A stretch of DNA of 40,000 nt, taken from sequence record MF774688.1; one strand, written 5' to 3'. This DNA is from Salmonella phage SP1a. The position numbers were made by a program, and so were the translations under genes. Positions 1 through 9,862 of this stretch are shown here, piece by piece (position 1 is the first letter of the stretch; every line of letters starts with the position of its first letter). Below the pieces are notes generated by a model. That model was not told where the DNA came from and did not search any database. It worked only from the letters and a program-made list of their open reading frames with translations.

Positions 1-1965
1 GATGAGCAATTTGAAGCTCTGAATCAGGTTATCGACCATGATCGTGACCGTCTTTTTACTAGTGGTGGGCTGAAGCAGTTCTTTGATAAGTATTCCCGCC
101 GCAACATAGCCACAGGTGAAATTTACGAAACTCCGCAGTTTGCCTACATGGGTATGGCAATGGCGATGCTTTCTCAACCTAACTGGACAATTCTAGATGC
201 AATCGACCTCTACAACGCAATGTCACTCCACAAAATCAACGTTCCTACGCCGCCACTGGTTGGTCTGCGCTCTAGTGACCGTGGATTTGCTAGTTGCTGT
301 CTCGTGGATTCCACTGACACGTTGGATTCAATCGACACCGCCGAGCACATCGTCTTCAAAATGGTCGCAGCCAGAGCGGGAATCGGGTATCATCTTGAAA
401 GCCGATCAATTGCTGATCCGGTGCGAAATGGGGCATTCCCGCATTCCGGAAAACTGCCATATTATCGACACATTGACCGTTCAGTAAAGGCCAATACTCA
501 GCAAACTCGTGGTGGTTCTGCTACAGTGTCCTATCCATACTTCGACCCTGAAATCATTCAATTGATGCAGGTTAAGCAACAACGTGCTACAGATGAGAAT
601 AAAATCGATAAGATGGATTATTCTCTGAGCTTTAACAATCTTTTGTTAAAACGTTATCTTAAAAACGAAGATATTACGCTAATGTCATACTTCTATGCTC
701 CAGAAGTTCATGAAGCGTTTTATAGTGATGACGAGGCTAAATTTGAAGAAATCTACGTGGCAGCGGAGAAACGTGTGGCATCTCTTACAAAGATCGACCA
801 CGAAGGAAAAACAGTTCCTGCAGCTCCTAAAGTTTCTGCAAAAGAAATCCTAGATACTTGGCTACGTATCCGAATGGAAACAGGACGTATGTATGCTCAC
901 CACATCGGGGAATCTAATCGTCACGGTAACTTCCTTGATCCGATCCGTATGACAAACCTTTGTGTTGAAATTACTCAGCCTACCCGCCCGTTCCACCACA
1001 TTACAGAGCTGTACAAGACAAAAGAGCAGCTTGATCAAATGAAGCCGGAGGATATTGGTGAAGTATCTCTGTGTAACTTAGGTGGTGTTGTACTTGGACG
1101 CATGGAATCTCTAGCTGAGTGGGAAAAAACTTGCTACATCCTCCTGAAATTCGTTGATACAATTATTGAAATTCAGGATTATCCGTTCCCAACTATGGAA
1201 TATACGGCTAAGAAACGTCGTAATGTTGGTATTGGCCTGATGAACGCAGCAGGTGCAATGGCAGCAGAAGGTCTGGCTTACGAAGGTATTGAAGCCCGTA
1301 ACTGGATCCACCGTGAGGCTGAAAAACTGTCTTACTTCCTGCATAAAGCCTCTGTACGCCTAGCTAAAGAACAAGGTGCATGTGAGTGGTTTGATCGTAC
1401 TAAACCATCTAAAGGAATTCTGGTAATCGACACGTACAAGAAAACTATTGATGAACTAGTATCCGTAGGTCTAGAAATGGATTGGGAGTCTCTGCGTGCA
1501 GATATTCTGAAATATGGTATGCGTAACTCTGTTCTGACTGCTCAGATGCCAGGAGAAAGTTCTTCTGTTCTGTTAGGTGTTACTAACTCTATTGAACCGC
1601 CTCGTAAGATTGTATCTATTAAAGGTAGTGCAGTAAATAAAGTAATTGCAATTGCTCCAGGTGCAACCGATTGGGAAACGTTAATGAGCTATAAACTGGC
1701 TTATGATGTAGATCGTATCGAGTGGATCAAATGGGTAGCAACTATGCAGAAATTCTTCAGTCAGTCTATCAGTACAAATATGTACTATGACTACACCAAG
1801 TTTGAGAATGAAATCATTCCTGGCCCAGTAGTAGTTCGTGATTTCATGACTGCTGTTAAGTATGGGTGGAAAACTTTCTACTATGCAAACTTCAATACCG
1901 CAAATGGTGGAGGTGCTGGAGAAGAAGCTGCTGCTGGATGCGCATCAGGCGGTTGTACTATTTAA
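1..1965 (+). CDS. nrdA: Ribonucleoside-diphosphate reductase alpha subunit (5' truncated by window)
   Basis: Frame 1 is open from base 1 (DEQFEALNQVIDHDRDRLF...) into the listed ORF; NLCVEITQP, GLGLMN-like GIGLMNAAG and Cys-containing C-terminal tail typical of class Ia large subunit. Confidence 0.96.
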   Translation, partial: DEQFEALNQVIDHDRDRLFTSGGLKQFFDKYSRRNIATGEIYETPQFAYMGMAMAMLSQPNWTILDAIDLYNAMSLHKINVPTPPLVGLRSSDRGFASCCLVDSTDTLDSIDTAEHIVFKMVAARAGIGYHLESRSIADPVRNGAFPHSGKLPYYRHIDRSVKANTQQTRGGSATVSYPYFDPEIIQLMQVKQQRATDENKIDKMDYSLSFNNLLLKRYLKNEDITLMSYFYAPEVHEAFYSDDEAKFEEIYVAAEKRVASLTKIDHEGKTVPAAPKVSAKEILDTWLRIRMETGRMYAHHIGESNRHGNFLDPIRMTNLCVEITQPTRPFHHITELYKTKEQLDQMKPEDIGEVSLCNLGGVVLGRMESLAEWEKTCYILLKFVDTIIEIQDYPFPTMEYTAKKRRNVGIGLMNAAGAMAAEGLAYEGIEARNWIHREAEKLSYFLHKASVRLAKEQGACEWFDRTKPSKGILVIDTYKKTIDELVSVGLEMDWESLRADILKYGMRNSVLTAQMPGESSSVLLGVTNSIEPPRKIVSIKGSAVNKVIAIAPGATDWETLMSYKLAYDVDRIEWIKWVATMQKFFSQSISTNMYYDYTKFENEIIPGPVVVRDFMTAVKYGWKTFYYANFNTANGGGAGEEAAAGCASGGCTI

Positions 1966-1972
1966 TAAAAAC

Positions 1973-1997
1973 AAGGAGATCTTCGGGTCTCCTTTTT
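1973..1997 (+). terminator. Intrinsic terminator after nrdA
   Basis: AAGGAGA-TCTTCGGG-TCTCCTT followed by T-run. Confidence 0.75.
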
Positions 1998-2011
1998 CTT
2001 TGAAATTTTAC

Positions 2012-2040
2012 TTGCTAATCGCTACCAGATTTGCTATAAT
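2012..2040 (+). promoter_or_regulatory. T5 N25-like promoter, TTGCTA-17-TATAAT
   Basis: -35 2012-2017, -10 2035-2040. Confidence 0.8.
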
Positions 2041-2046
2041 ATTTAT

Positions 2047-2544
2047 ATGAAATTAACACAGAGTAGATTAAAAGAGCTAATCTCCTATGACCCTGAAACT
2101 GGCGAATTTACCTGGCTCCCAAGAAAAAATTTAGCAAAGCATTTATGGAACGCTAAAGCAGGAACCTACGATAAACTAGGGTATCTTCGTATAAAAGTGG
2201 AAGGAGTTCAATACTTAGCTCATCGCCTAGCCTTCTTGTATATGACTGGAGAAATACCAGAAGGAAAAATTGACCATAAAGATACTAATCCGTCCAATTG
2301 TGCCTGGGATAATCTCCGTGAAGCCACGAGTTCCCAAAATTCTATGAACTCGTGCGCAAGAGTGGATAACCAGCTTGGAATGAAAAATATTCGTGTAAAA
2401 GGCAATTCATTTCAGGTTAGAATAGGCAAAGACGGTAAATCTTATACAAAAACTTTAAAAACCATAGAAGAAGCTATAGAGTGGAGAGACACCAAACTAC
2501 TAGAACTTCATGGGGACTTTGCAAACAACGGAGAAGCTAAATGA
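2047..2544 (+). CDS. HNH homing endonuclease inserted between nrdA and nrdB
   Basis: AHRLAFLYMTGEIP...IDHKDTNPSNCAWDNLREATSSQN motif. Confidence 0.88.
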   Translation: MKLTQSRLKELISYDPETGEFTWLPRKNLAKHLWNAKAGTYDKLGYLRIKVEGVQYLAHRLAFLYMTGEIPEGKIDHKDTNPSNCAWDNLREATSSQNSMNSCARVDNQLGMKNIRVKGNSFQVRIGKDGKSYTKTLKTIEEAIEWRDTKLLELHGDFANNGEAK

Positions 2545-3686
2545 CTACTTTACTTAACTTAGAATGGGATCATACTAACGCTGATCTTTTCCTCGGTGAT
2601 TCTTTGGGTATCGCAGATTATGTGCGTGTGGCACATCCCGAACTGGAGCGATTAGCTCTGTTGCAGCGTTCCCAGTTCTGGACTGAAACTGAAATTAGTC
2701 TTGAAGCTGATAAAAAGCAGTGGGGTAATCTCCCACGTGAAATTCAGGAAATTACACTCCTGAACTTAGCATGGCAGACTCAAACAGATTCCTTTATCAG
2801 TCGTGCCCCTGAAGCAGCTATTATGCCGCTTGTAAGTCGTCCAGAATTGGAAGGTATGCTCAAACAGTGGAGCTATTTTGAAGACCTGCATAGTCGTGCT
2901 TATAGCAATATTATTCGTAATGTGCTGACTGATCCAGCAGAATTTATTGATTCTGTAACCAAAAACCAAGAAGCATTCGCGCGCATTGCTGATTCTGTTG
3001 AACTATTCGATGAACTGTACCAGTTAGGTCAGTATTTCATCGCAGTACGCGATCATCGTGGCGACAATACATATCCAGAAACTGAGTTCCCTGAGGTTAA
3101 ACGTGAAACTCAGGCTAAACTATTAGACGCTTACTTTGCGATCTATGGTCTGGAAGCAATGCAGTTTTACGCATCCTTTGCATGTACCTTTGCATTAGCA
3201 GAGAACGATATTCTGCAAGGTATTGCTAAAAATCTGCAATTAATCGCTAAAGATGAAGCTCTGCATACTCAGATGTCTAAAACAATCATCCAGATTATGT
3301 TCCAGCAGTTTGACAAAGATCTGGTAGATGAAGCAGTGGCTAAAGCACCAGCACAGCTCCTGAAAACTCTGAAAACTGAAATTGAATGGGGTCATTTCAT
3401 TTTCAAAGGTCGTAGTCTGATTGGCTTGAATGCAGAACTTCTAGAAGAATATCTGTACTTTGTGGGGCGTAATGCATTTATGCACATCGGTGTAGAATGG
3501 CCTAGTCATTTACCAGTAATCACCAAAAACCCTATTCCGTGGATTATGAACTGGTTGGATACTACTTCTCTACAACCTGCTCCACAAGAAATCCAGATTG
3601 GTGCAGCCTACCGTGTAGGTCAGGTAACTGAAACCTCTACTGATACTCTGAAAGATCTGGGTAATGAATTTGGAGATTTCTTATGA
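2541..3686 (+). CDS. nrdB: Ribonucleoside-diphosphate reductase beta subunit
   Basis: Class I R2 ferritin-like protein with E/H metal ligand pattern (EDLHSRAYSNI, KDEALHTQ). Confidence 0.95.
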   Translation: MTTLLNLEWDHTNADLFLGDSLGIADYVRVAHPELERLALLQRSQFWTETEISLEADKKQWGNLPREIQEITLLNLAWQTQTDSFISRAPEAAIMPLVSRPELEGMLKQWSYFEDLHSRAYSNIIRNVLTDPAEFIDSVTKNQEAFARIADSVELFDELYQLGQYFIAVRDHRGDNTYPETEFPEVKRETQAKLLDAYFAIYGLEAMQFYASFACTFALAENDILQGIAKNLQLIAKDEALHTQMSKTIIQIMFQQFDKDLVDEAVAKAPAQLLKTLKTEIEWGHFIFKGRSLIGLNAELLEEYLYFVGRNAFMHIGVEWPSHLPVITKNPIPWIMNWLDTTSLQPAPQEIQIGAAYRVGQVTETSTDTLKDLGNEFGDFL

Positions 3687-4216
3687 TTACAGCAATGTAT
3701 GCAGTTGGGCCGAATGGGGAGTTCGGCCTCCGAGGTAAGCTACCATGGGGTTCCTTCAAAGAAGAACTAGATGCTTTCTATTCTCAACTGGACGTGTTGA
3801 ATCCAGATAACATCATCATTGGTGCGGGTACTTATTTAGCTCTTCCATACGCCGTTAGAGAACGTATGATTGGGGCTTCTGACCTATTTATTCGTGCTGA
3901 TCGTCCACTGCCAGACGATATTACACATGATATTTACACTCCAATTTCTAAGATTGGGGATACATTACCTACATTCTTAAAAGATCAACAGACAGTGGTT
4001 TTAGGTGGCGCAACATTACTGTACGAAATGTATATTCATGGTCATATTGAAAGTGCTTTCGTATCCACAATCTTTAGTGATCAAAAACTAGAGGCAGATG
4101 TACATCTGGATAATACGATTCTAGATTACAACTATGAATCTACTCGTTTAGTTTACGCAACTGGCGCAAACAGTGATAACAGCCTGCGATTTGTACAGGA
4201 ATTGGTTACTTATTAA
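3683..4216 (+). CDS. Dihydrofolate reductase
   Basis: AVGPNGEFGLRGKLPWG N-terminus, position between nrdB and thymidylate synthase. Confidence 0.85.
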   Translation: MITAMYAVGPNGEFGLRGKLPWGSFKEELDAFYSQLDVLNPDNIIIGAGTYLALPYAVRERMIGASDLFIRADRPLPDDITHDIYTPISKIGDTLPTFLKDQQTVVLGGATLLYEMYIHGHIESAFVSTIFSDQKLEADVHLDNTILDYNYESTRLVYATGANSDNSLRFVQELVTY

Positions 4217-5049
4217 TGAAACAGTATATTGATTTAATTAATAAAGTTTTATCTGAGGGAACTCACGTGTCTGACCGGACAGGTGTAGGTACTATCTCTT
4301 CCCTAAATAATATTGTCTCTTTTGACCTTACTAAAGGGTTTCCAGCAGTAACAACAAAAGCATTAGCGTGGAAATCCGTGGTAGGGGAGTTGTTGTGGTT
4401 CCTCTCAGGATCTACTAACTTGTATGATCTAGAAGAGTATACTCATGGGACTAGAGGGGAGAAGCGTACTATCTGGCATCCTAATTATGAAAAACAAGGA
4501 GTCGAAAAAGGATACACTGAAGGTTATCTGGGATATATTTATGGGAAAAACTGGAGAGACTTCTTCGGTACAGACCAGATTATGAAACTAATCGAGGATA
4601 TCAAATCCGATACTTTTCATAATAGAAAAATGGTAGTCTCAGCATGGAATCCTGCAAAACTTGACGACGTTGTGCTTTCTCCCTGCCACGTAATGTTCTC
4701 CGTAAACCAAAGAGATGGACACCTACACTTAACATGGTACCAGGTTAGTTGTGATGTATTTCTAGGCTTACCATTTAATATAGCTAGCTATGCCTTACTC
4801 TGTCATATTTTAGCTGCACTCACAGGAAAGAAACCTGGGTCAGTAACAGGACATCTTGTGGACACCCATATTTACTTAAATCACCTAGACCAAGTAAAGG
4901 AGCAAGTAACTAGAGAACCCCTGGAGCTACCTAGACTAGTACTACCAAACTTCTCTTCCTTAGAAGATCTTCTGGCCCTAACACCCAAAGACTTTACCCT
5001 GGAAGAATATAAACATCACCCTAAATTAACTGGTAAAATGGCAGCATGA
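4216..5049 (+). CDS. thyA: Thymidylate synthase
   Basis: RTGVGTISS, SPCHVMFSVNQ, QVSCDVFLGLPFNIASYALL. Confidence 0.96.
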   Translation: MKQYIDLINKVLSEGTHVSDRTGVGTISSLNNIVSFDLTKGFPAVTTKALAWKSVVGELLWFLSGSTNLYDLEEYTHGTRGEKRTIWHPNYEKQGVEKGYTEGYLGYIYGKNWRDFFGTDQIMKLIEDIKSDTFHNRKMVVSAWNPAKLDDVVLSPCHVMFSVNQRDGHLHLTWYQVSCDVFLGLPFNIASYALLCHILAALTGKKPGSVTGHLVDTHIYLNHLDQVKEQVTREPLELPRLVLPNFSSLEDLLALTPKDFTLEEYKHHPKLTGKMAA

Positions 5050-5819
5050 TTTACATCTATAGTATAACTCAGCTATCTACGGGAAGACAGTACGTTGGAT
5101 CGACTAAGGATATTGAGGCTAGAAAGCGTAAACATTTTCACTCACTAAGTAAGGGGAACCACCATAACGCTTTTCTACAGAGAGCGTATGATAAAACCGG
5201 AAAGCAAGACTTTGTATTTGACATCTTAGATACTACTGAAGAAGTAGATCAGCAGTTCTTACTAGAAGAAGAGTGGGCTAAGGAGTTGGGAGCAGAGTTC
5301 AACATAGGTAGTTACGGTGGTGGGGATAATCTCACAAATAATCCTCGAAGAGAGGAGATTATTAAGAGAATTGGTGAGAGTGTTAGAAAGCATATAGCGT
5401 CCTTATCTGAAGAAGAAAGAAAAGCCCGGTGGAGTAGACCGGGTGAGCTAAACTATAACTGGAAGGGAGGAGTATCTACTCGCTCAAAAACATGCATTGA
5501 TTGTGGTTCCCTACTAGCCCTTAATAACACTAATGGGGAGTACTGTAATAGTTGTAGGGATCGAACAAGTGAGAATAACCCCTTTTATGGGAAGAAGCAC
5601 ACTGAAGAGGCTCTGAGCAAGATGTCTCAGGCTTCTAAGCAGTACCAAGAAAGTATTAGAGAGGGAAAGACACCCATTCCTACCCACTTTAAGGCAGTAC
5701 GTGTGGATGGCGTGGAATACGTTAGTATGAGTGCAGCAGCTAGAGCATTGGGGTGTTCCACAGCGACTATAGGTAATAGAGTTCGTTCACCTAAGTTCCC
5801 GACGTATGAGTTTGTATAA
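5046..5819 (+). CDS. GIY-YIG homing endonuclease
   Basis: MIYIYSITQLSTGRQYVGSTKDIEARKRKH; C-terminal NUMOD-like HTH SMSAAARALGCSTATIGNRV. Confidence 0.92.
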   Translation: MIYIYSITQLSTGRQYVGSTKDIEARKRKHFHSLSKGNHHNAFLQRAYDKTGKQDFVFDILDTTEEVDQQFLLEEEWAKELGAEFNIGSYGGGDNLTNNPRREEIIKRIGESVRKHIASLSEEERKARWSRPGELNYNWKGGVSTRSKTCIDCGSLLALNNTNGEYCNSCRDRTSENNPFYGKKHTEEALSKMSQASKQYQESIREGKTPIPTHFKAVRVDGVEYVSMSAAARALGCSTATIGNRVRSPKFPTYEFV

Positions 5820-5824
5820 TTTAA

Positions 5825-5845
5825 ATAGCCCTTCGGGGCTATTAT
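5825..5845 (+). terminator. Hairpin terminator AATAGCCC-TTCG-GGGCTATT
   Basis: 8-bp stem, TTCG loop. Confidence 0.6.
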
Positions 5846-5858
5846 ATTTAAATTTCAT

Positions 5859-5887
5859 TTGCTTATTTAGTGAAATTTAAATATAAT
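5859..5887 (+). promoter_or_regulatory. Promoter TTGCTT-17-TATAAT
   Basis: Sequence match. Confidence 0.8.
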
Positions 5888-5913
5888 ATATTTTATAAAG
5901 TAGAGGTACACAT

Positions 5914-6117
5914 ATGGGACTCTTTAGAAAGAAAATTTATTTAACAGAAAGGCAAGAACATAAACTTCTTACCCTATCAGAATATTATCATTTACCTTAT
6001 GACTACTTTGTAGATAGAGCAATAGAAGAATTCTTAGATAGGGAATTAGAGGCTATAAAACCTAATCCTCCCATTCCATCAAAAACTAGAAGTGTAGCAG
6101 AAGGTGAAAAGTTATGA
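5914..6117 (+). CDS. Small protein, possibly ribbon-helix-helix-like
   Basis: YLTERQEHKLLTLSEYYHLPYDYFVDRAIEEFL. Confidence 0.6.
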   Translation: MGLFRKKIYLTERQEHKLLTLSEYYHLPYDYFVDRAIEEFLDRELEAIKPNPPIPSKTRSVAEGEKL

Positions 6118-6395
6118 TTTCAGCCAAAGAAGCCCAAGAACTTGCAGGATTAACAGAAGTACCTGCATTTCTAAAGTTTATAGAAGAAAAGATTGTAGAA
6201 GCTGCTAAGTCTGGAAATACAGAAGTAATTATTAGAGATAATCCTTACGCTAGGTGGCTATATAATCCTAGAGAAATGCCAGGAGCAGCTAAATCGGTAC
6301 TAAAAACCTTATCGGATAAGGGGTATCATCTCTCACAATACTACCGAGAAGCCGCCTTTGTAGACATGGGTCTTAAAATTAGTTGGGAGGTATAA
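6114..6395 (+). CDS. Hypothetical protein
   Basis: ORF overlapping its neighbours by start/stop. Confidence 0.7.
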   Translation: MISAKEAQELAGLTEVPAFLKFIEEKIVEAAKSGNTEVIIRDNPYARWLYNPREMPGAAKSVLKTLSDKGYHLSQYYREAAFVDMGLKISWEV

Positions 6396-6871
6396 TGTCG
6401 GTTTTCCACATTTACACAGATGGTGCTTGTAAGTCTAACCCAGGTCCAGGTGCTTGGGGTTTTATTGTCTATGATGATAACGACGATCGTTTAGGTTCTA
6501 AATCTGGTTATAGTCCTAAAACTACAAATAATGAGATGGAACTCACAGCTATTGTAGAAGCTCTACGTTGGTCTGTTAAAAAAGATAATAGACCAATTGC
6601 TATCTATACTGATTCTGCTTATTGCAAAAATGGTATGGAAAGTTGGATGTTTTCTTGGCAAAGGAAAGGCTGGAAGAAAGCAGATGGTGAAGTTCCTCTT
6701 AATCTAGAACTTTGGCAGGAAGCATTTAAATTAACACAGCAGTATATCAACTTTCATAATACTAACCCTACCTTTATTAAGGTTAAAGGACATTCTGGTA
6801 TTAGCGGTAATGAAGCTGTAGACGCCTTATGTAACACAGTTATTACTGAGCAAGAACTTGCCGAGATGTGA
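6395..6871 (+). CDS. rnh: Ribonuclease H
   Basis: IYTDGACKSNPGPGAWGF, NNEMELTAIVEAL, GHSGISGNEAVD; start chosen at MSVFHIY (TAATG overlap). Confidence 0.93.
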   Translation: MSVFHIYTDGACKSNPGPGAWGFIVYDDNDDRLGSKSGYSPKTTNNEMELTAIVEALRWSVKKDNRPIAIYTDSAYCKNGMESWMFSWQRKGWKKADGEVPLNLELWQEAFKLTQQYINFHNTNPTFIKVKGHSGISGNEAVDALCNTVITEQELAEM

Positions 6872-6891
6872 TAAATAAATTAAAAATTTTC

Positions 6892-6920
6892 TTGCTTAAA
6901 GCCCTCTAATTTAGTATAAT
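6892..6920 (+). promoter_or_regulatory. Promoter TTGCTT-17-TATAAT
   Basis: Sequence match. Confidence 0.8.
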
Positions 6921-6947
6921 ATTCGTATTGAAAGTGAGGAGGGCTTT

Positions 6948-7232
6948 ATGCGTATTTATAACTCAAATTCACTAGGATTTAAACCATTGAGAAAACGTGC
7001 ACAATCACCTCGTCAAATAAGAAAGGCTAATATTGGTGAGCCAGAAACACGTCTTCCACCCCCTCCAGAACAACGTTTAGTTTATCTAGACGAAGAATTA
7101 GCTGAACGCGAAAGAAAAGCTCAAGAAGAGATTGAGCGTAAGAAAATGTGTACTGCTCCAGCCTACTCCAAAGGGGCTTATCAGTATATCTATACAGCCG
7201 AGGAGGCTAAAGATGCGGGGCGTAAAAAATGA
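6948..7232 (+). CDS. Hypothetical protein
   Basis: ORF downstream of promoter. Confidence 0.7.
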   Translation: MRIYNSNSLGFKPLRKRAQSPRQIRKANIGEPETRLPPPPEQRLVYLDEELAERERKAQEEIERKKMCTAPAYSKGAYQYIYTAEEAKDAGRKK

Positions 7233-7678
7233 AGATTACTGAATTTAAAGGTACTTATAGTTTCTTATCTAACTTTTACTTATCACCAATTACTTTCGAA
7301 TATCTAAATGAAATATGGCATGCTGATACTGTAGAACATGCTTTTCAGGCTATGAAATCCGACCAAAAAGATGATGTAGCTCATGTACTACGCTCCCTAA
7401 ATGCAGGAGTTGCCAAACGTAGAGGACGTAAATTAACTCTACGCTCTGACTGGGATAAGGTAAAAGATGATGTAATGCTAGAGCTTTTACGGTTAAAGTT
7501 TGCAATCCCTGATTTAAGAGATAAACTGTTAGCAACAGAAAATGCAACCTTGATCGAAGGGAATACCTGGGGAGATACATATTGGGGTGTTTGCCGAGGC
7601 ATCGGGGATAATACTTTAGGTGTTCTTTTGATGCAGGTAAGGTCTGAAATTAAAAGAAGCTTACAGTTAATAAATTAA
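7229..7678 (+). CDS. NADAR-domain (YbiA-like) protein
   Basis: FLSNFYLSPI, ADTVEHAFQAMK, ENATLIEGNTWGDTYWGVCRGIGDNTLGVLLMQVR. Confidence 0.9.
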   Translation: MKITEFKGTYSFLSNFYLSPITFEYLNEIWHADTVEHAFQAMKSDQKDDVAHVLRSLNAGVAKRRGRKLTLRSDWDKVKDDVMLELLRLKFAIPDLRDKLLATENATLIEGNTWGDTYWGVCRGIGDNTLGVLLMQVRSEIKRSLQLIN

Positions 7679-7686
7679 AAATTCAT

Positions 7687-7715
7687 TTGCTAAACGCTTC
7701 AAATTCTCGTATAAT
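7687..7715 (+). promoter_or_regulatory. Promoter TTGCTA-17-TATAAT
   Basis: Sequence match. Confidence 0.85.
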
Positions 7716-7753
7716 ATATTTCATAAATTGATAAACAAAAAGGAAAACAAATA

Positions 7754-8269
7754 ATGGCTAAGCAGAAAAACGCAAAAACTCAAGCAGCTCCGGCAGTTAA
7801 AACTTTCCCGCAGACCGAGGCTAATCGCAAAGCTCGTCTGGAACGTCACCTGCGTAAGCATCCTACCGATGCTCAGGCTGCGCAAGCACTGAATAATCCG
7901 GCTCCGATTCGTCAAAAGCCTAAAGCTAAAAATGCCACCCGTAAATCCTACAAAATGGTTATGTATGTAGAAAATTACGGCCACAAATCTGTCCCGGTTT
8001 CCCTGAGCTTTAACGCTGGGGCTGAATTGTTCTCTCGTAATGGTATGTCTATGAAAGACTATGAGAAGGCAGTTAACCAGAAGCGTAAACCAACAGCAGA
8101 TGTATTGCGTGATACTCGTGGACAGTTTGGTTCTGTTAAGCCAAATATCTTTGGCGTAGAGTATAGTAAAGATAATGTTCGTGCTCTGTGTTACGGTGTA
8201 GGCATTAAGTTCACGGGTGATTCTGCTCGTAAATCTACTAAACCAGCTCGCAAGCGTAAAGCGAAGTAA
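7754..8269 (+). CDS. Basic hypothetical protein
   Basis: ORF with upstream promoter and RBS. Confidence 0.75.
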   Translation: MAKQKNAKTQAAPAVKTFPQTEANRKARLERHLRKHPTDAQAAQALNNPAPIRQKPKAKNATRKSYKMVMYVENYGHKSVPVSLSFNAGAELFSRNGMSMKDYEKAVNQKRKPTADVLRDTRGQFGSVKPNIFGVEYSKDNVRALCYGVGIKFTGDSARKSTKPARKRKAK

Positions 8270-8278
8270 TAGATAAAT

Positions 8279-8298
8279 AGGGGCAGAAGCCCCTACAA
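8279..8298 (+). terminator. Hairpin TAGGGGC-AGAA-GCCCCTA
   Basis: Perfect 7-bp stem; weak T-run. Confidence 0.45.
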
Positions 8299-8332
8299 TC
8301 TACTAATTCTCTAACTAATCAAGGATACTTTT

Positions 8333-8548
8333 ATGTTCTCTAAGAAACCACGTTCCGTTACTGAAATCGTTGCTTCCTTTACCACTATCACTGATGAGCT
8401 TCAAGCTCGTATTGAGGCTGATCAAAAAATTGCTGCGGATATTCAGAAACAGCAGGAAGAACTCGCTTTAAAGTTGGCTGAAACCAACAAGAGCGAAAAA
8501 TCTGCCCAAACTATTATGGAAAATATCCTTAAACTGCTGGGCAAGTGA
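8333..8548 (+). CDS. Small coiled-coil-like protein
   Basis: ORF with RBS AAGGA. Confidence 0.7.
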   Translation: MFSKKPRSVTEIVASFTTITDELQARIEADQKIAADIQKQQEELALKLAETNKSEKSAQTIMENILKLLGK

Positions 8549-8589
8549 TTTAAATCAGGGGGCGAAAGCCCCTCTTATTTGGAGAAACT

Positions 8590-8826
8590 ATGCGTAATTT
8601 TGTAGCAAAGAACAATTTTAACCGTGCTAGCACACATAAGTCCGCTAGAGATTATACACGACTTTCTAGTCATGAGGTAATGGACACCTATTATGAAGAG
8701 CTGGAAGGTAGCTGGAATGAATGGCCCGACTTCTCTATGGAAGAAAACTGGGATGTCAGTGAGGATATGCTTCCTGGTTTTAAAGACCCCAAGAAGTGGG
8801 AGTCTATTAAAGAGACAGCTCTTTAA
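8590..8826 (+). CDS. Hypothetical protein
   Basis: ORF with RBS. Confidence 0.7.
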   Translation: MRNFVAKNNFNRASTHKSARDYTRLSSHEVMDTYYEELEGSWNEWPDFSMEENWDVSEDMLPGFKDPKKWESIKETAL

Positions 8827-8854
8827 TAGTTTTCTACACAATAAAGGATAAGTT

Positions 8855-9556
8855 ATGAAAGTAAAACCATTTGGTATGCTAGATATTGAATCTCTGGGAA
8901 CTCCAGGAGATTGTGGTACTACTCATATCGCAATGCCTTCTTTCGCTTTTGTGGCTATGCATGGAATTGATAAAGATCCTGATCTAGTATTTGTTACTTT
9001 GGATGTACAAGATCAGCTTAATTCTGGTGCTAAAGTTACAGCATCTACTCTAGCATTCTGGATGGATCAAGCTAAAAATAGTCCGTCTGCTATCCACATT
9101 ATAGAAGCTATGAAGGAACGCAATCCAAAACTGATTGCCTTCCAAAATGGTAAACATCATTGCACTAATAAACTTGGCTCTAACTATGCTGCCTTCTCTA
9201 TGGCTCAAAATATTATGGAGTTGGCTCTAGGCGAAAATGCTTTGTATTATGGCAATGGCCCAGAGTTTGATATGACTATCTACTCTGCAAACACGTTCCA
9301 TGCTGGAACCAATGAAGAGGTGGTTCCGTGGAAATTCTGGAATTTGGGCAATGTTCGATCTCTACGTAATCTCTGGATGCAAGCTGGTTATAGTTACAAA
9401 GATCTAGAGGCTGAAGGTATTAGCTGGGCAAAAGCTAAAATGGAGAAGATGGACACCATTCGTTATGGAATCTATCCGGTTAAGCATGATCCAGCATTCG
9501 ATGCCTTAGTTGAGAGCTATTGTGTTGCAGCTATGATCGAAAAAATCAAAATTTGA
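8855..9556 (+). CDS. 3'-5' exonuclease, Rv2179c-like DEDD fold
   Basis: MLDIESLG, YGNGPEFDMTIY, KHDPAFDALVESYCV. Confidence 0.75.
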   Translation: MKVKPFGMLDIESLGTPGDCGTTHIAMPSFAFVAMHGIDKDPDLVFVTLDVQDQLNSGAKVTASTLAFWMDQAKNSPSAIHIIEAMKERNPKLIAFQNGKHHCTNKLGSNYAAFSMAQNIMELALGENALYYGNGPEFDMTIYSANTFHAGTNEEVVPWKFWNLGNVRSLRNLWMQAGYSYKDLEAEGISWAKAKMEKMDTIRYGIYPVKHDPAFDALVESYCVAAMIEKIKI

Positions 9557-9557
9557 T

Positions 9558-9586
9558 TTGCTTCCAGCTCCAAAATTCTGTATAAT
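9558..9586 (+). promoter_or_regulatory. Promoter TTGCTT-17-TATAAT
   Basis: Sequence match. Confidence 0.85.
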
Positions 9587-9626
9587 ATATTCATAAATTT
9601 GAGAAAACAATAAAAGGAAAACAAAT

Positions 9627-9809
9627 ATGCCAGTATCTAAAAATGTTCGTAAAAATGGTAAGAAAGCTACTCGTAATCTGGGTATCCGTCGTATGGCTGA
9701 ACGTCAATCAGGTATCCAAAAAATCTTTGATCTGCTAAATCGTGCTAATCCTAAAATTGATAACAGTAACGATACTGTTCTACGCACTCTGCTGGCAATT
9801 GGTCTGTAA
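9627..9809 (+). CDS. Small basic protein
   Basis: ORF with promoter and RBS. Confidence 0.7.
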   Translation: MPVSKNVRKNGKKATRNLGIRRMAERQSGIQKIFDLLNRANPKIDNSNDTVLRTLLAIGL

Positions 9810-9862
9810 TAGACCAACTTTAAACAAATTCAAATCTCAAACTTCATATAAGGAAGCAAATA

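Noticed and set aside
197-487. Plus-strand ORF inside nrdA, +1 frame
   Set aside because: Out-of-frame ORF within a highly conserved gene.
7381-7984. Minus-strand ORFs across the NADAR gene and its downstream neighbour
   Set aside because: Overlap strongly supported plus-strand genes and the shared promoter.
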